Shown here: positions 1 to 8,200 of the stretch, one piece after another
Numbering within the stretch: position 1 is the stretch's first letter
Layout: every line of letters starts with the position of its first letter
Assembly: GCA_037441385.1 (NCBI GenBank)
Contig: JBBISH010000162.1
Span: 1-11,435, forward strand
Source of the DNA: Myxococcales bacterium
Lineage (GTDB): Bacteria; Myxococcota_A; UBA9042
Reading direction: 5' to 3'
Length of the DNA: 11,435 nt
The notes under the pieces: model-generated
Told to the model about the DNA's origin: nothing
The model's database searches: none
The model's input: only the letters and a program-made list of their open reading frames with translations
Program-made: the position numbers and the translations under genes

Positions 1-2
1 AG

Positions 3-1142
3 TCCAGCTCGATCGGCCACGGCGCCATCGTGCGGCGCTACAACCCCAACCTGAACCTGAACACCCGCCAAGTCAGCGCGGAGTTTGACGGTTTTGGCGA
101 CTACGGCGGCGTGGAACTCTACGCCAACAACATCACCGGCCCCAACGTGGTCGCGGCCATGGGCTTCGTCAAGCCGCTGTCCCTGATCGACCGCGACAAC
201 TACGTGATGCGCTCGTTCTCGCTGGGGGCCACCATCGCCGCCGACCTGGACGCACCGCTCCGCAACAGGCTGGATTTTGCCGACACCGACAACGACGGCC
301 GGCGCAGTGGCGAGTATCTGGTCGATCAAAAGACCTTTCAACCCAGCTACTTGTCAACCAAAGTGGTCGCGATGGGCGCCGACGCCGAGATCAAGCTCGT
401 CGACACGCGGACCACCGACTGGAAGACCTATGTGGACTACTCGGTGCTGGCCGGCGGCATCCCCACCGACCCGAAAGATCCGCGATGGGACAGCGACCCC
501 AGCAAGGCCGGCATCAAGGGCGTGATGTCGTCGGGCATGGCGTGGGGCAACCTGCTGCGCTTGAACCTGGGCGACGATCCGGTGCACGCGCTGCGGGTGC
601 GCGCCGAAGTGCGCCGCTACGATCCCAACTACGTGCCCTCGTATTTCGACGTGATGTACGAAATCCAGCGCGTCCAGTACCGCTTGGGCGCGACCCGCCC
701 CGATCCCAACGGCACCAAGCTGCAGGCCGTGCTGGGCCGCGACAAGCTGCCGGGCGACGCCAAGGTGTTTGGCGGCTACTTCGAAGCCTCGTGGCGCGTG
801 GCCGACTACTTCGCGTTGGCCTTCGCCATCGAGACCAACAACGAGCACATGCCGGACAACAGCATGTTCATCCACCTGGAAGTACCCCATTTCAAAGACT
901 TTCAGTTCTTGGCGACATTGCACCGCCGCGCCGCCGACTCGATCGGCAAGCTGTTCTCGACCACCGCGACCACCCGCGACATCCTGATCATCAAGGGCCG
1001 CTACCGCGTCTTTGACTACTTCCACATCAACGTGGAGGCGCTGACCCCGTACGGCATTGGACCCGACAGCTTCTTTGCCAACACCCTGGATTTCAACGTC
1101 AACGCCGAGCTCGGTTGGAGCTACGGCAAGAAGTCGAGGTAA
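3..1142 (+). CDS. Hypothetical protein, probable outer-membrane beta-barrel (5'-truncated by the window edge)
   Basis: The frame is open from base 3 (SSSIGHGAIVRRYNPN...), so the GTG at 30 is probably not the true start. Codons are strongly G/C at position 3. Many amphipathic strand-like segments (GGYFEASWRV, FALAFAIET, ILIIKGRYRVF, FHINVEA) and a terminal FNVNAELGWSY strand. Barrel call is by pattern only. Confidence 0.75.
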   Translation, partial: SSSIGHGAIVRRYNPNLNLNTRQVSAEFDGFGDYGGVELYANNITGPNVVAAMGFVKPLSLIDRDNYVMRSFSLGATIAADLDAPLRNRLDFADTDNDGRRSGEYLVDQKTFQPSYLSTKVVAMGADAEIKLVDTRTTDWKTYVDYSVLAGGIPTDPKDPRWDSDPSKAGIKGVMSSGMAWGNLLRLNLGDDPVHALRVRAEVRRYDPNYVPSYFDVMYEIQRVQYRLGATRPDPNGTKLQAVLGRDKLPGDAKVFGGYFEASWRVADYFALAFAIETNNEHMPDNSMFIHLEVPHFKDFQFLATLHRRAADSIGKLFSTTATTRDILIIKGRYRVFDYFHINVEALTPYGIGPDSFFANTLDFNVNAELGWSYGKKSR

Positions 1143-1144
1143 CC

Positions 1145-2080
1145 ATGGGCATCCACACGACGCGACTTCTTGTGACCCGGCTGACCGCAACTTCGCTCGC
1201 GCTTGGGGCGCTGCTGGCCGTGCCGGCCTGCTCGTTCCTGGAAGCGGCGGGCGAAGTCACCATTGGCGCCGACCAGAAAATCCCCCGCGTTTCCACACAG
1301 ATCAAGTGGCCGTCGGTGGACCAGGTGTTGGGGGACGCGCTGACCACAGCCACCGGCGGTGCCAAAGCCCCGGCGGGGCTGCCAGGCAGCTTGAATTCCG
1401 CGACCTTGGCGCACGTGCAGGGTCTGATGACCATCGACGGCGAGTGCCACCGGGTGGTGTCGATTCCGCAGGTCGACTCCAAGGCCAAAGACTCGGTGCT
1501 AGAAAACTTGCGATTCGAGCTGACCAATTGCGGCGACCCCACCCGCTGCGTCGAGCGCTGCAATGGCTTTGTAGGGATGAAGATGGAGGCGCGCATCGAT
1601 TTCCAGATGCTCGACGCCGCCAAAGTCAAGAAGTTGAAGGAATTCCTGTCGGATCAGACCAGCACCGCGGCGATCCTGCAGATCCGCGCACAGTTCACGC
1701 AGCTCGATTTCTTTGAGGAGGCGCCCGGCGCCACAGCCGGCCAAACCACGTCGATTGCGCCGCTGTTTGCCGATTCGCAGATGGGGCTGTCGAGCCTGGC
1801 GGGCGACGACGACACCGTAGTCGTGGAACAGCGCTACCTGCCGCTGATTTCGCCCAAGACGCCGCAGCGTTTCGAGCTGGATCCGCACGCCGTGTTCACC
1901 GAGCGGCTCAAGTGGTCGGTCCTGAAGGCCAGCGACGCCGTTTGGATCCAGATCTTTCAGAAGCTTTGGATTCCGCAGAAGAACTTGTACGGCATCACCT
2001 TGGGCGGCGGCGGCGTGAACATCGAGCTGCAACCCGAGTTCGTCATCAACGCGCTCGAAGTCGTCAAGGGCGTGCTGTAG
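1145..2080 (+). CDS. Hypothetical lipoprotein (311 aa)
   Basis: GAGGT RBS at 1136-1140 overlaps the upstream TAA, and the ATG is at 1145. The signal peptide has basic residues, a hydrophobic stretch and a lipobox-like LAVPA|C (Cys29). Four further Cys are clustered mid-protein. No family recognised. Confidence 0.8.
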   Translation: MGIHTTRLLVTRLTATSLALGALLAVPACSFLEAAGEVTIGADQKIPRVSTQIKWPSVDQVLGDALTTATGGAKAPAGLPGSLNSATLAHVQGLMTIDGECHRVVSIPQVDSKAKDSVLENLRFELTNCGDPTRCVERCNGFVGMKMEARIDFQMLDAAKVKKLKEFLSDQTSTAAILQIRAQFTQLDFFEEAPGATAGQTTSIAPLFADSQMGLSSLAGDDDTVVVEQRYLPLISPKTPQRFELDPHAVFTERLKWSVLKASDAVWIQIFQKLWIPQKNLYGITLGGGGVNIELQPEFVINALEVVKGVL

Positions 2081-2105
2081 CTGGCGCGGCCGGCTCGAGG
2101 TTTCC

Positions 2106-4940
2106 ATGCGAACCACCAGAACGAAGGCGAACTTGGCCAACTGCGTCGCCCGCGCCGCGCTGGGGCTGCTTGCGGCCGGCGTGTGCGGTTGCGAAGGCTA
2201 CTTTGACCGCGTTGCCGAGGACGCGGGCAGCAGCGACGCCGCCCCGACGATCGCCAGCTACTACGCGGGCGCGGGCATCGGCGGGTCCTGCAAAGCCGTT
2301 GCCGATTGCCGCCAGGGTTTGGTCTGCGACACCGGCACCTGCCAGGCCAAAGGCACCACGGCCGAAAACGGCAAATGCTTGCTCAGCGCCGAGTGCGCGG
2401 GCGGCTTGCACTGCAGCTGGGCCGGTTTTTGCACGCCCCAGCCCGCCGGCGCAACAGTGCTGGCCGGCCCCTGCGAGAAGACGGAAGAGTGCGGCAAGGG
2501 CCTGTACTGCAAGCAACTCCCCACGTCGTCGTGCACGGCCGGCGCGTCGCGGTGCGGCGTGTGCACCCAACCGGACGCGAGCAACGTGCCCGTGGAAGGC
2601 GAAGAGTGCGCCGCCAGCAGCCAGTGCCCACCCAAGATGGTGTGTGCGATGATCGGCATGTCGGGCACATGCAAGTGGTCGAACACCAAGGGCGCCGACT
2701 TGGGCGGCACCTGCGCCGCCACCAGCGATTGCCTGGCCGGGCTCACCTGCAGTGCCGCGCGCAAGCAATGCGTACCAGGCAGCGTTCTGCTGAACCCCGA
2801 CCTCTACGGCGGCGTGGAATGCCCCGACGACATGGACGACGCCCTGCCCTTTGGCGCCCTGCTCGACGTGCCCAAAACTGGCGTCAAGCAAGACTTTTAC
2901 CGGATGCCGTTCCCGAGCGACGTCTACCGCACGGCCACCGGGCTGGACCTGAGCGCCCACCCCAGCCCAGGCTTGGGCCTGCTCGGGTTCGACACCGTCC
3001 GGCGCGTGATCGAGTCGATGGGGAGCGACATGACCGGCTGGGGCCAAACCACCGGCACCTACATGCGTTTCACCCGCGCCCTGGACCCAGTGACCGTGAC
3101 CATCCCAGGCGGGAGTGTGCCCAAGGATCAGGCGACCGTGCGGTTCGTCAACCTGAAGACCGGCGCCGATGTGCCCCTTGCCTCCGCCAGTGTGGCGGCC
3201 AAGTCTGCACGAAACAAGTACATTTGCCGCGATTGGCTGTACGTGCACGCGCGCTGGGATCAGGTGCTCGAGCCCGACACGGCCTATGCAGTGGTCGTGA
3301 CCAATGGCGTGCGGCAGAGCTGCGGCGATGGCGTGTGCCTGGCCGGCACCGACGACTTCTTGAACTGCCCGGCCGATTGCACGCTCGAGAACAAGAACAC
3401 GGGCAAGGCCGGGGAACGCAAGGCGCCCGAGGCCGGTCGCGATCTGCCGGCCCTGCTGGCCGACGCCAAGCCGGGCGACCCGCTGCTGCTCAATGCGTGG
3501 ACCGCGTACACGCCCCTGCGAGCCTGGCTCAAGGCCAACCCGGCCGTCAAACCCGTGTCAGCAACCGTGTTTACCACGCAGGATAGTCGCAAGGTCATGC
3601 AGCAACTGGTGGCCGCAGCCCAGGCGGCCGGTCCGATCCAGCTGGCTGGACCGCCGCAGCTGTGCAAGACCGGCGTGGTCTCGCAGTGCGCCACCGCCAA
3701 CTGGAAGGACACGGCGGCGGGCAAGGCCGGCTCGCCCGACCCGCGCGACTGCCCGGCCGGCGCCGAGAACCTGCCCTACTACGAAATTCACGCGCGGCTG
3801 CGCTTGCCGATTTACCAAGATGGGTCGCGGCCTTACCTGACCTACGGTGCCCCCGGCGAAAAAGTTCGCCCGGGCGCTCTGCACATCCAAGCCGGCCAAC
3901 CGGCGCTGGTGAGCTACGAAAACGTTTGCATGGCGCTGACGATCCCCAAGAATGGCGCCAAGCCGGCCGGCGGCTGGCCGCTCGTGATGTTCGGCCATGG
4001 CACCGGCGGTAGCTTCCGCTCGGCTGCGACCGGTCTTGGCGCGGGACTGGCCGCCATCAAGGTCGCGAGCTTGGGCATCGACCAGCCCATGCACGCCAAC
4101 CGCCGCGGCGATCCCGACAAGCAGGCGCCCGACACCGACCCTGGGCCGCTGTTCTACAACTTTGCAAACCCGCCGGCCGCGCGCGGCAATTTCTGGCAAG
4201 GTGGCGCAGACAACTATGCGCTGGCGCGCTGGGCCAAAGAGTACCAGGGCGAGCAAACGCCGGCCGGCGTGCCCAGCGTCACGTTCGATGCGGGGCACCT
4301 CATCCTGATGGGGCACTCGCAGGGCTCGACCACCGGGCCTTTGGCGCTGCCCTACATGGCCGGCCTGCGCGGCGCGGTTCTGTCGGGTTGCGGCGGGTCG
4401 CTGGTCTACGGCTTGCTGGGCAAGCAGAAGCCCTACGATGCCTCGGTGGGTCTGAAGCTGGGCCTGCAGGACTTGGGCGTCGATCCGTACCATCCCGTAC
4501 TGAACTTGTTCCAGAATTACTTTGAGGTGTCCGACCCGCTGCTCTACGCCCCGTTGCTGACCGCCAAGGCGCCGCTCGCGCCGCTGCATGTGCTACAAAC
4601 CTATGGCATGAACGACAGTTACACGCCGCCCACCACCAGCCGCATCTTTGCCGCCGCGGCCGGCCTGACCGTGGGCGTGCCCAACCCGCTGCCGACTTGG
4701 TTCGACTTGGTCCAAGACTTGGGTGCCACCAGCGCCGCGCTGCCCATCGCCAACAACGTGAACGTGGGCGGCAAGACCTACACCGCCGCCGTGGTCGAGG
4801 CCATGAACGATCCCAACAACACGGCCACCAAGAAGACCTACGACGGCCACTTTGTCGCATTCAACGACCTGAAGTTGATCGCCCAGGTGCAGGGCTTCTT
4901 GGCCAGCCTGGTGAGCGGAACGCCCACGGTTGCCAAGTAA
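2106..4940 (+). CDS. Cys-rich repeat lipoprotein with C-terminal alpha/beta-hydrolase (lipase/esterase-like)
   Basis: GAGGT RBS at 2097-2101 and lipobox-like GVCG|C (Cys29). Five C-x5-C-x5-C-xn-C repeats, then a PFPSD motif and an Ig-like segment (LEPDTAYAVVVT). Hydrolase motifs: WPLVMFGHGTGG, nucleophile elbow GHSQG (Ser738, codon 4317-4319), candidate Asp837 (GMNDSYTP) and His915 (YDGHF). Confidence 0.88.
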   Translation: MRTTRTKANLANCVARAALGLLAAGVCGCEGYFDRVAEDAGSSDAAPTIASYYAGAGIGGSCKAVADCRQGLVCDTGTCQAKGTTAENGKCLLSAECAGGLHCSWAGFCTPQPAGATVLAGPCEKTEECGKGLYCKQLPTSSCTAGASRCGVCTQPDASNVPVEGEECAASSQCPPKMVCAMIGMSGTCKWSNTKGADLGGTCAATSDCLAGLTCSAARKQCVPGSVLLNPDLYGGVECPDDMDDALPFGALLDVPKTGVKQDFYRMPFPSDVYRTATGLDLSAHPSPGLGLLGFDTVRRVIESMGSDMTGWGQTTGTYMRFTRALDPVTVTIPGGSVPKDQATVRFVNLKTGADVPLASASVAAKSARNKYICRDWLYVHARWDQVLEPDTAYAVVVTNGVRQSCGDGVCLAGTDDFLNCPADCTLENKNTGKAGERKAPEAGRDLPALLADAKPGDPLLLNAWTAYTPLRAWLKANPAVKPVSATVFTTQDSRKVMQQLVAAAQAAGPIQLAGPPQLCKTGVVSQCATANWKDTAAGKAGSPDPRDCPAGAENLPYYEIHARLRLPIYQDGSRPYLTYGAPGEKVRPGALHIQAGQPALVSYENVCMALTIPKNGAKPAGGWPLVMFGHGTGGSFRSAATGLGAGLAAIKVASLGIDQPMHANRRGDPDKQAPDTDPGPLFYNFANPPAARGNFWQGGADNYALARWAKEYQGEQTPAGVPSVTFDAGHLILMGHSQGSTTGPLALPYMAGLRGAVLSGCGGSLVYGLLGKQKPYDASVGLKLGLQDLGVDPYHPVLNLFQNYFEVSDPLLYAPLLTAKAPLAPLHVLQTYGMNDSYTPPTTSRIFAAAAGLTVGVPNPLPTWFDLVQDLGATSAALPIANNVNVGGKTYTAAVVEAMNDPNNTATKKTYDGHFVAFNDLKLIAQVQGFLASLVSGTPTVAK
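2289..2771 (+). repeat. Five protein-level Cys-rich repeats within the hydrolase lipoprotein
   Basis: CKAVADCRQGLVCDTGTC; CLLSAECAGGLHCSWAGFC; CEKTEECGKGLYC...C; CAASSQCPPKMVCAMIGMSGTC; CAATSDCLAGLTCSAARKQC. Confidence 0.85.
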
Positions 4941-5011
4941 AGTTCCGCAAAATCAACGACAAAAAAGTAACCCGCCAGCCGAGCAGAATCCACCATCGAA
5001 ATTCGCGCCGG

Positions 5012-5184
5012 CCGTCGATTTGGGATGCAAATCAAGGCGCAAGGAGCGGAGCGAGTGAGGCGACCCAGAGGTCGCCGCAGGGAGAAGGGCCCCAGCGGTC
5101 GCCCGAAGGGTGAACGGGTCGCCCCAGTGGGGCAACCCGTAGCTGGGACGACGCAGCAACGCCGAGTTGCGCCCAAAGCGGCGG
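5012..5184. repeat. Palindromic multi-hairpin intergenic element (REP/MITE-like or structured RNA)
   Basis: Imperfect terminal inverted repeat 5012-5033 / 5164-5184. Internal stems: 5059-5065/5070-5076, 5091-5096/5142-5147, 5099-5104/5108-5113 and 5114-5125/5129-5140. Confidence 0.7.
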
Positions 5185-5204
5185 ATCGGGGCCGAGCAGC
5201 CACG

Positions 5205-5233
5205 TTTCCAAGTTGGCTGTGCTCGCGTAGAAT
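5205..5233 (+). promoter_or_regulatory. Putative sigma70-type promoter for the transporter gene
   Basis: TTTCCA at 5205-5210 (4/6 match to TTGACA), a 17-bp spacer, and TAGAAT at 5228-5233 (5/6 match to TATAAT), directly upstream of the CDS. Confidence 0.5.
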
Positions 5234-5296
5234 CGTGGGTTGGCGCAGGTGCACCTGGGGCTGGGGCCTCGGTCGAGCCACCGCGCAGGCGAGTCG

Positions 5297-8200
5297 ATGT
5301 CGCAGGCGGCCAGCGCAACTTCCAGCCAATCCGTACCCGCGCTGCGTTCGTCGCGCAGCGTGATGGACTGGCTGTTTCACCAAGTCTTTTCGCTGCGGCG
5401 CATCGACTTGCCGGTACTCTGGCTGCTGGGGCCGCTGTTTGGCGTGGTCACCGCCGCCAGCGTCATCATTGCCACCTTTACCAAGACCGCGTTCTTGGTC
5501 GAATACGACGTGGGCGCGCTGCCCATCATGTTCTTGGCAAGCTCGGTGTTTACGGCCGTCATCTCGATGGCCTACGTTGGGGCTGTCGAGCGCGTGAGCC
5601 TGGCGCCGCGCTTTGTGGGCTTGGTGGGCGTGGCCTTGGTGTCGTTTGGTCTGCTTCACGCGCTATACCCGCTACAGCCCAAGGCCGTGGCGCTGGCGCA
5701 GCTGGTGTGGGGCACGGGCCTTTCGCAACTGATGCTGGTGCAGAGCTGGAACATGTCGTCGTCGCTGCTGCCCTCGCGGCAGGGCAAGCGGCTCTTCCCC
5801 GTTTTTGCTGCCCTTTCTACGTTGGGCGCGGCGGCTGGCGGCGGGCTGGTCAGTTTGGGCCTCAAGGTCGTCGAGGCGCGGCAGTTGATCTGGCTGGTGC
5901 TGCTGCTGCTCATCTACCCGCTGCTGCGCGTGCGGCCGATCATCCGCCAACTGCAGTGGAATTTGGACGCGCACTCCAGCAACGAGGTCGCACCCGCGTT
6001 GGCGGCACCAGAGACCGCGTCGAGCGGCGCCCAGCGCCAAGTCATGGAAGAAATTCTACGTGGTTTCAAGGGTATCGCCTCTTCGCCGCTGCTGCTACGT
6101 CTGGCGAGTCTGGTGTTCTTGCTGCAGACTGCGTCGCTGATCATCGACTTCCAATTCTCAACCGAGCTCAAGCTCCACTACAGCCGCAACGAGATGGCCG
6201 GCTTCTTGGGCACCTACTACGCCATCGCCAACACGGTCGCTTTTTTTGTCGCGTTGATGGCCACTTCGCGCATCGTGCGCCTGGTCGGCATCGGCGTCGC
6301 CATCTCGGCCAGCGCCATCTTTGTGGGCGCCGGCAGCGCTTGGTACTTTGGCGCGGCGCGCTTGGGCTTGGGCAGTCCGTTTTGGGCCGTGGTGGCCACC
6401 TCGTTCCTCGAACGCATTTTCCAATTCGCCTTGACGCGCAACGCCATGCAGATGCTGGTCGCGCCCCTGGACAGCAAGAAGGGCGAGCGCGCCAAGACGT
6501 TGATCGACGGCGTGGTCTATCGCGTGGCCACCGCCGGCACGTCGCTGCTGCTGCTGTTCTTCCGGCCCACCAGCGAGAAGTTGGCCCTGCTGGCGCCCGT
6601 CACCATCGTCGCCTGCATCGGGGTGGTGCTGGTGGGCTTGTCGATGAACCCTTGGTATCGCAAGGCGCTTTTTGAGGGGCTGCGCGCGCGCCGGGTCGAT
6701 TCGGATGTGGATGCGCAGACGCGAGCCTTGCTGCTGCGCTCGGCGATGGGCGAAGTGCGCGAGCGGCTGGCGTCCAAAGAAGTGCGCGATATTCGGGCGG
6801 CGCTGGACATCATCCGCGACTCCAAACTGCCCGTCGAGGTTGCGGATCTGCTGCCCGCCGCCAAGCACACGGACCCCGATGTCGCCCGCCGGGCGCTGGA
6901 GCTGATGAACGAGGTGGGCCTGCTGCCCAGCGAAAGCGCTCTGCTGGACCTGCTGCAGCGCGACCGGCCGCCCGCGGTGCTGCGCGAAGTCCTGCGCTTG
7001 CTGCAGAACTACCCAAACGCCAAGCACATTGGTCCCGTCAGCCACATGGTGGACCACCCCGACTTGGGCGTGGCGCGGCTGGCCACGATGTGGCTGCACA
7101 AGACGGGCGGCAGCAGCATCGCCGAGCAACTGCAAGACCAATTGCGCGCCGACATGCAGAGTCCGGTGGCCGAGCAACGCGCCCGCGCGGCGTACATCTC
7201 GGGCATGTACCGGCAAGAGCCGCAAGAAGGTTTGGTGCAGCTGCTGCACGACGCTTCGCCCGAAGTGCGCCTCAATGCCGTGGTGTCGATGGGGCAAATT
7301 GGCGCCCCCGAATTCATCGATCCGCTTATCGATTGCCTGGGCCGCGGCGACCTGGTCACGGCGGCGCAGGCGGCCCTGGCGCGCTATGGCCCAACCCTGG
7401 TCGCCCACGTGCGCGTGCGGGTGCAGCAGCGGCCGCCGGGCCTGGCCATCCAGCTGCGCTTGCTCCGGGTGGTCGAGCACTTTGGCAACGAGGCGGCGGT
7501 CAAGTTCCTGATGGAACAGGCCGAGTCTCAGGCCTCGGTCGTGCGCAACAACGCCGTGCAAAGCCTGTGGCGCTTGGCCCGCGATCCAGAGGCTCCAAGG
7601 CCGCCCAGTGCCTGGCTGCGCGCGCGGGTCCTCAGCGAGATCGAAGCCTTGCAGTTGCTGCAGCGGGTCGACCTGCGGACACGTGGGGATTCGGCGCCGC
7701 TCAAGTTCTTTGCCGCCGAGCTGGCCGCCCTGCGCCTGCAGAGCGAGATGCGCGGTTTCCGGCTGCTGGGCCTGCTGGGGGCGCGCGCGCCGCTGCACCG
7801 CGCCTATCTGCACTACCGCAGCGAGCATCAACGGGTGCGGTCCAACGCCATCGAACTGTTGGATCAGCACCTGGGCGACGAGGAATTGAAGCCCTTTGTC
7901 GCCCTGGTCGAGCGGATCGAACCGGCGGCGAGCAACGACGGCGATCTGGGCGACGGCAACGTGGTGATCAACCTGCTCAGCGGCGCGGACCCGTGGCTGG
8001 GCCGGGTGTGGGCGTGGACGCAGGCGCCGCAAGGAGGCAGGATGACACGCGATCCCATGGACTTGGTGTTCCTGCTCAAGGGCGTGCCGCTGCTCAGCGA
8101 CCTGTCGGGCGAACAGCTGCTGCCGGTGGCCGAGATTGTCCAGCACGTGCACGTAGAAGGCGGCGACCTGGTCTTTGCCGAGGGGCAGCCGGGCAACCAC

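Noticed and set aside
1115..1144. Upstream TTG start for the lipoprotein in the ORF track
   Set aside because: Overlaps the previous gene. ATG 1145 has a GAGGT RBS and gives a normal signal peptide.
4941..4975. A-rich stretch after the hydrolase stop as a terminator
   Set aside because: No convincing stem next to the A-tract on either strand.
5012..5184. Calling the structured element a tRNA, SRP RNA, riboswitch, CRISPR repeat or IS
   Set aside because: No T-loop/anticodon layout, SRP loop motif or recognisable aptamer consensus. No repeat-spacer periodicity, transposase or clear target-site duplication.
4953..5363. Small ORFs across the intergenic region (4953-5318 minus, 5025-5363 plus, 4697-5113 plus)
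   Set aside because: No coding-like composition or motifs. The region is better explained by the palindromic element and the promoter.
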